From Thermoanaerobaculia bacterium (GTDB lineage: Bacteria; Acidobacteriota; Thermoanaerobaculia; Multivoradales; JAHEKO01), in the NCBI GenBank assembly GCA_046756565.1, contig JBHHWO010000001.1:18332-82331 (forward strand): 64,000 nt of DNA, written 5' to 3'. The stretch's first letter is position 1; each line of letters begins with the position of its first letter. The notes beneath the pieces are model-generated. The model was not told where the DNA came from, did no database searches, and saw nothing but the letters and a program-made list of their open reading frames with translations. Positions 63,020 to 64,000 of this stretch are shown in pieces. Made by a program: the position numbers and the translations under genes.

Positions 63020-64000
63020 GAATCGCGGGCGATCGGCAGAGACAGCCCGAAGGCAGTGCCCGCCTCCGAGGAATCTAGCAGCTCGAGATCGCCGCCGTGA
63101 TCGAGCAGGATCTTGAGCGAGATCGCCAGTCCCAGACCCATGCCCTCGCCCGCGGCGCGAGTCGACGTGTACGGTTCGAACAGGCGTTCCCGAATAGCAG
63201 GCGCGATGCCGGGCCCATTGTCGAACACCGACAGGCGGGCCTCCTGCTCCCGGGGTTCCAACTCGATGTGAACGACTCCGGATTCGACTCCGAGCGCCTT
63301 CGAGCTGTTGTCACAGAGGTTGGCCAGAACCTGGCGAATCATGTCGCGATCGGCCGCGACCCAGACCTTGCCGCCGGAGTCGAACTCGAGCCTCAAATTG
63401 GGCCACGCCCCCTGATACGCCTCGACGAACTCACTCACCAGGGCGCCGAGGTCTTCGCGCTCCAGGTCCGGTGGGCGGAGACGCGCAAACGACGCGAACT
63501 CTTCGGTGAAACGACCCAGCCGCTCGAGCTCGAAACCGAGGCCGTCGACGGCTGCTTCGAGGTCTCTTCGCAGATCCGGATTCGCTTTCGCAGCCACCCC
63601 CCGGATACGATCCAGGGTCAGGCGCGCTCCATTCAACGGCGTGCGCATTTCGTGAGCGTGCCGCTTGGCCGCTTCCTGCCAGCGCGACAGGTTTCTCAGA
63701 GCCCGCAACCGGCGGCGATCGCGAGCGATTCCGAGGGACGTCGACTCGATCATTCGTGAGATCCGGCCCACGGGATCTCGGCCCTGGTCGCCGATCGCAA
63801 CCGGACTGGGACCTACTGCCAGGTCCGCCAGCGCGGATTGGATTCGGGCCAAACGGGGCGCATAGCGCGAGTGCCGCACCGCGAGGTAGACGGTAGCGAG
63901 CGCGACGCTCGCCGCCAGTAGCCCGAGGAGCACGAGCTCATAGCGACGAACCAGGCGCTCGCGGTTGTGCTCGAGAATCCGCAACCGCCCGACTGTCGTC
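63016..64000 (-). CDS. Sensor histidine kinase (HisKA plus HATPase_c), 5' end probably beyond the window
   Basis: H-box HAHEMRTPLNG, N-box LANLCDNSSKA, and G-boxes DNGPGI and GMGLGLAI. The stop overlaps the regulator start (ATGA). The frame stays open from the listed TTG (63984) to the window edge. Confidence 0.85.
   Translation of the reverse strand, partial: TTVGRLRILEHNRERLVRRYELVLLGLLAASVALATVYLAVRHSRYAPRLARIQSALADLAVGPSPVAIGDQGRDPVGRISRMIESTSLGIARDRRRLRALRNLSRWQEAAKRHAHEMRTPLNGARLTLDRIRGVAAKANPDLRRDLEAAVDGLGFELERLGRFTEEFASFARLRPPDLEREDLGALVSEFVEAYQGAWPNLRLEFDSGGKVWVAADRDMIRQVLANLCDNSSKALGVESGVVHIELEPREQEARLSVFDNGPGIAPAIRERLFEPYTSTRAAGEGMGLGLAISLKILLDHGGDLELLDSSEAGTAFGLSLPIARDS

Overview
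This is a GC-rich bacterial chromosomal segment (roughly two-thirds G+C by eye, not computed) with about 45 protein genes. I recognised no rRNA, tRNA, CRISPR array, transposase or integrase. All family calls come from motif recognition in the translations; no searches were run. The gene content suggests an environmental Gram-negative lineage, possibly Acidobacteriota, Gemmatimonadota or Myxococcota-like, but that is inference only. The supporting genes are the ECF sigma factor, DUF481 outer membrane protein, CRTAC1/ASPIC protein, multiheme cytochromes, RRM protein and huge repeat adhesins.

Layout, left to right:
- 1-8.5 kb: a giant DUF11-like repeat protein on the minus strand that is absent from the supplied ORF track because it runs off the window, followed by a secreted protein.
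- 8.5-20.7 kb: housekeeping and metabolic genes. These are an amidohydrolase, a GATase, an AhpD-like protein, an atypical radical SAM enzyme, malic enzyme, a cytochrome c, an RRM protein, typA and ndh.
- 20.7-25.2 kb: an operon of ECF sigma, zf-HC2 anti-sigma, TPR-CHAT protease and a small ORF.
- 25.2-32.8 kb: envelope proteins, a membrane-anchored multiheme cytochrome and a CRTAC1/TPR protein.
- 32.9-39.2 kb: a SWIM-SNF2 helicase, a MITE-like inverted repeat and feoB-feoA.
- 39.2-44.1 kb: a small accessory island. It holds a small conserved ORF, an RHH-Doc toxin-antitoxin pair, a GNAT next to a lysine-tailed protein, three tandem orphan phage-tail-collar paralogs and a methyltransferase-like gene.
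- 44.1-54.6 kb: a 3291-aa beta-helix/cadherin giant protein with a Tat-signal partner.
- 54.6-64 kb: a sulfatase-like enzyme, a GMC oxidoreductase, a hydrolase with WS/DGAT, a DASS transporter and a sigma-54 two-component system.

The best candidates for something undescribed are the sigma/anti-sigma/TPR-CHAT module and the orphan tail-collar triplet island.
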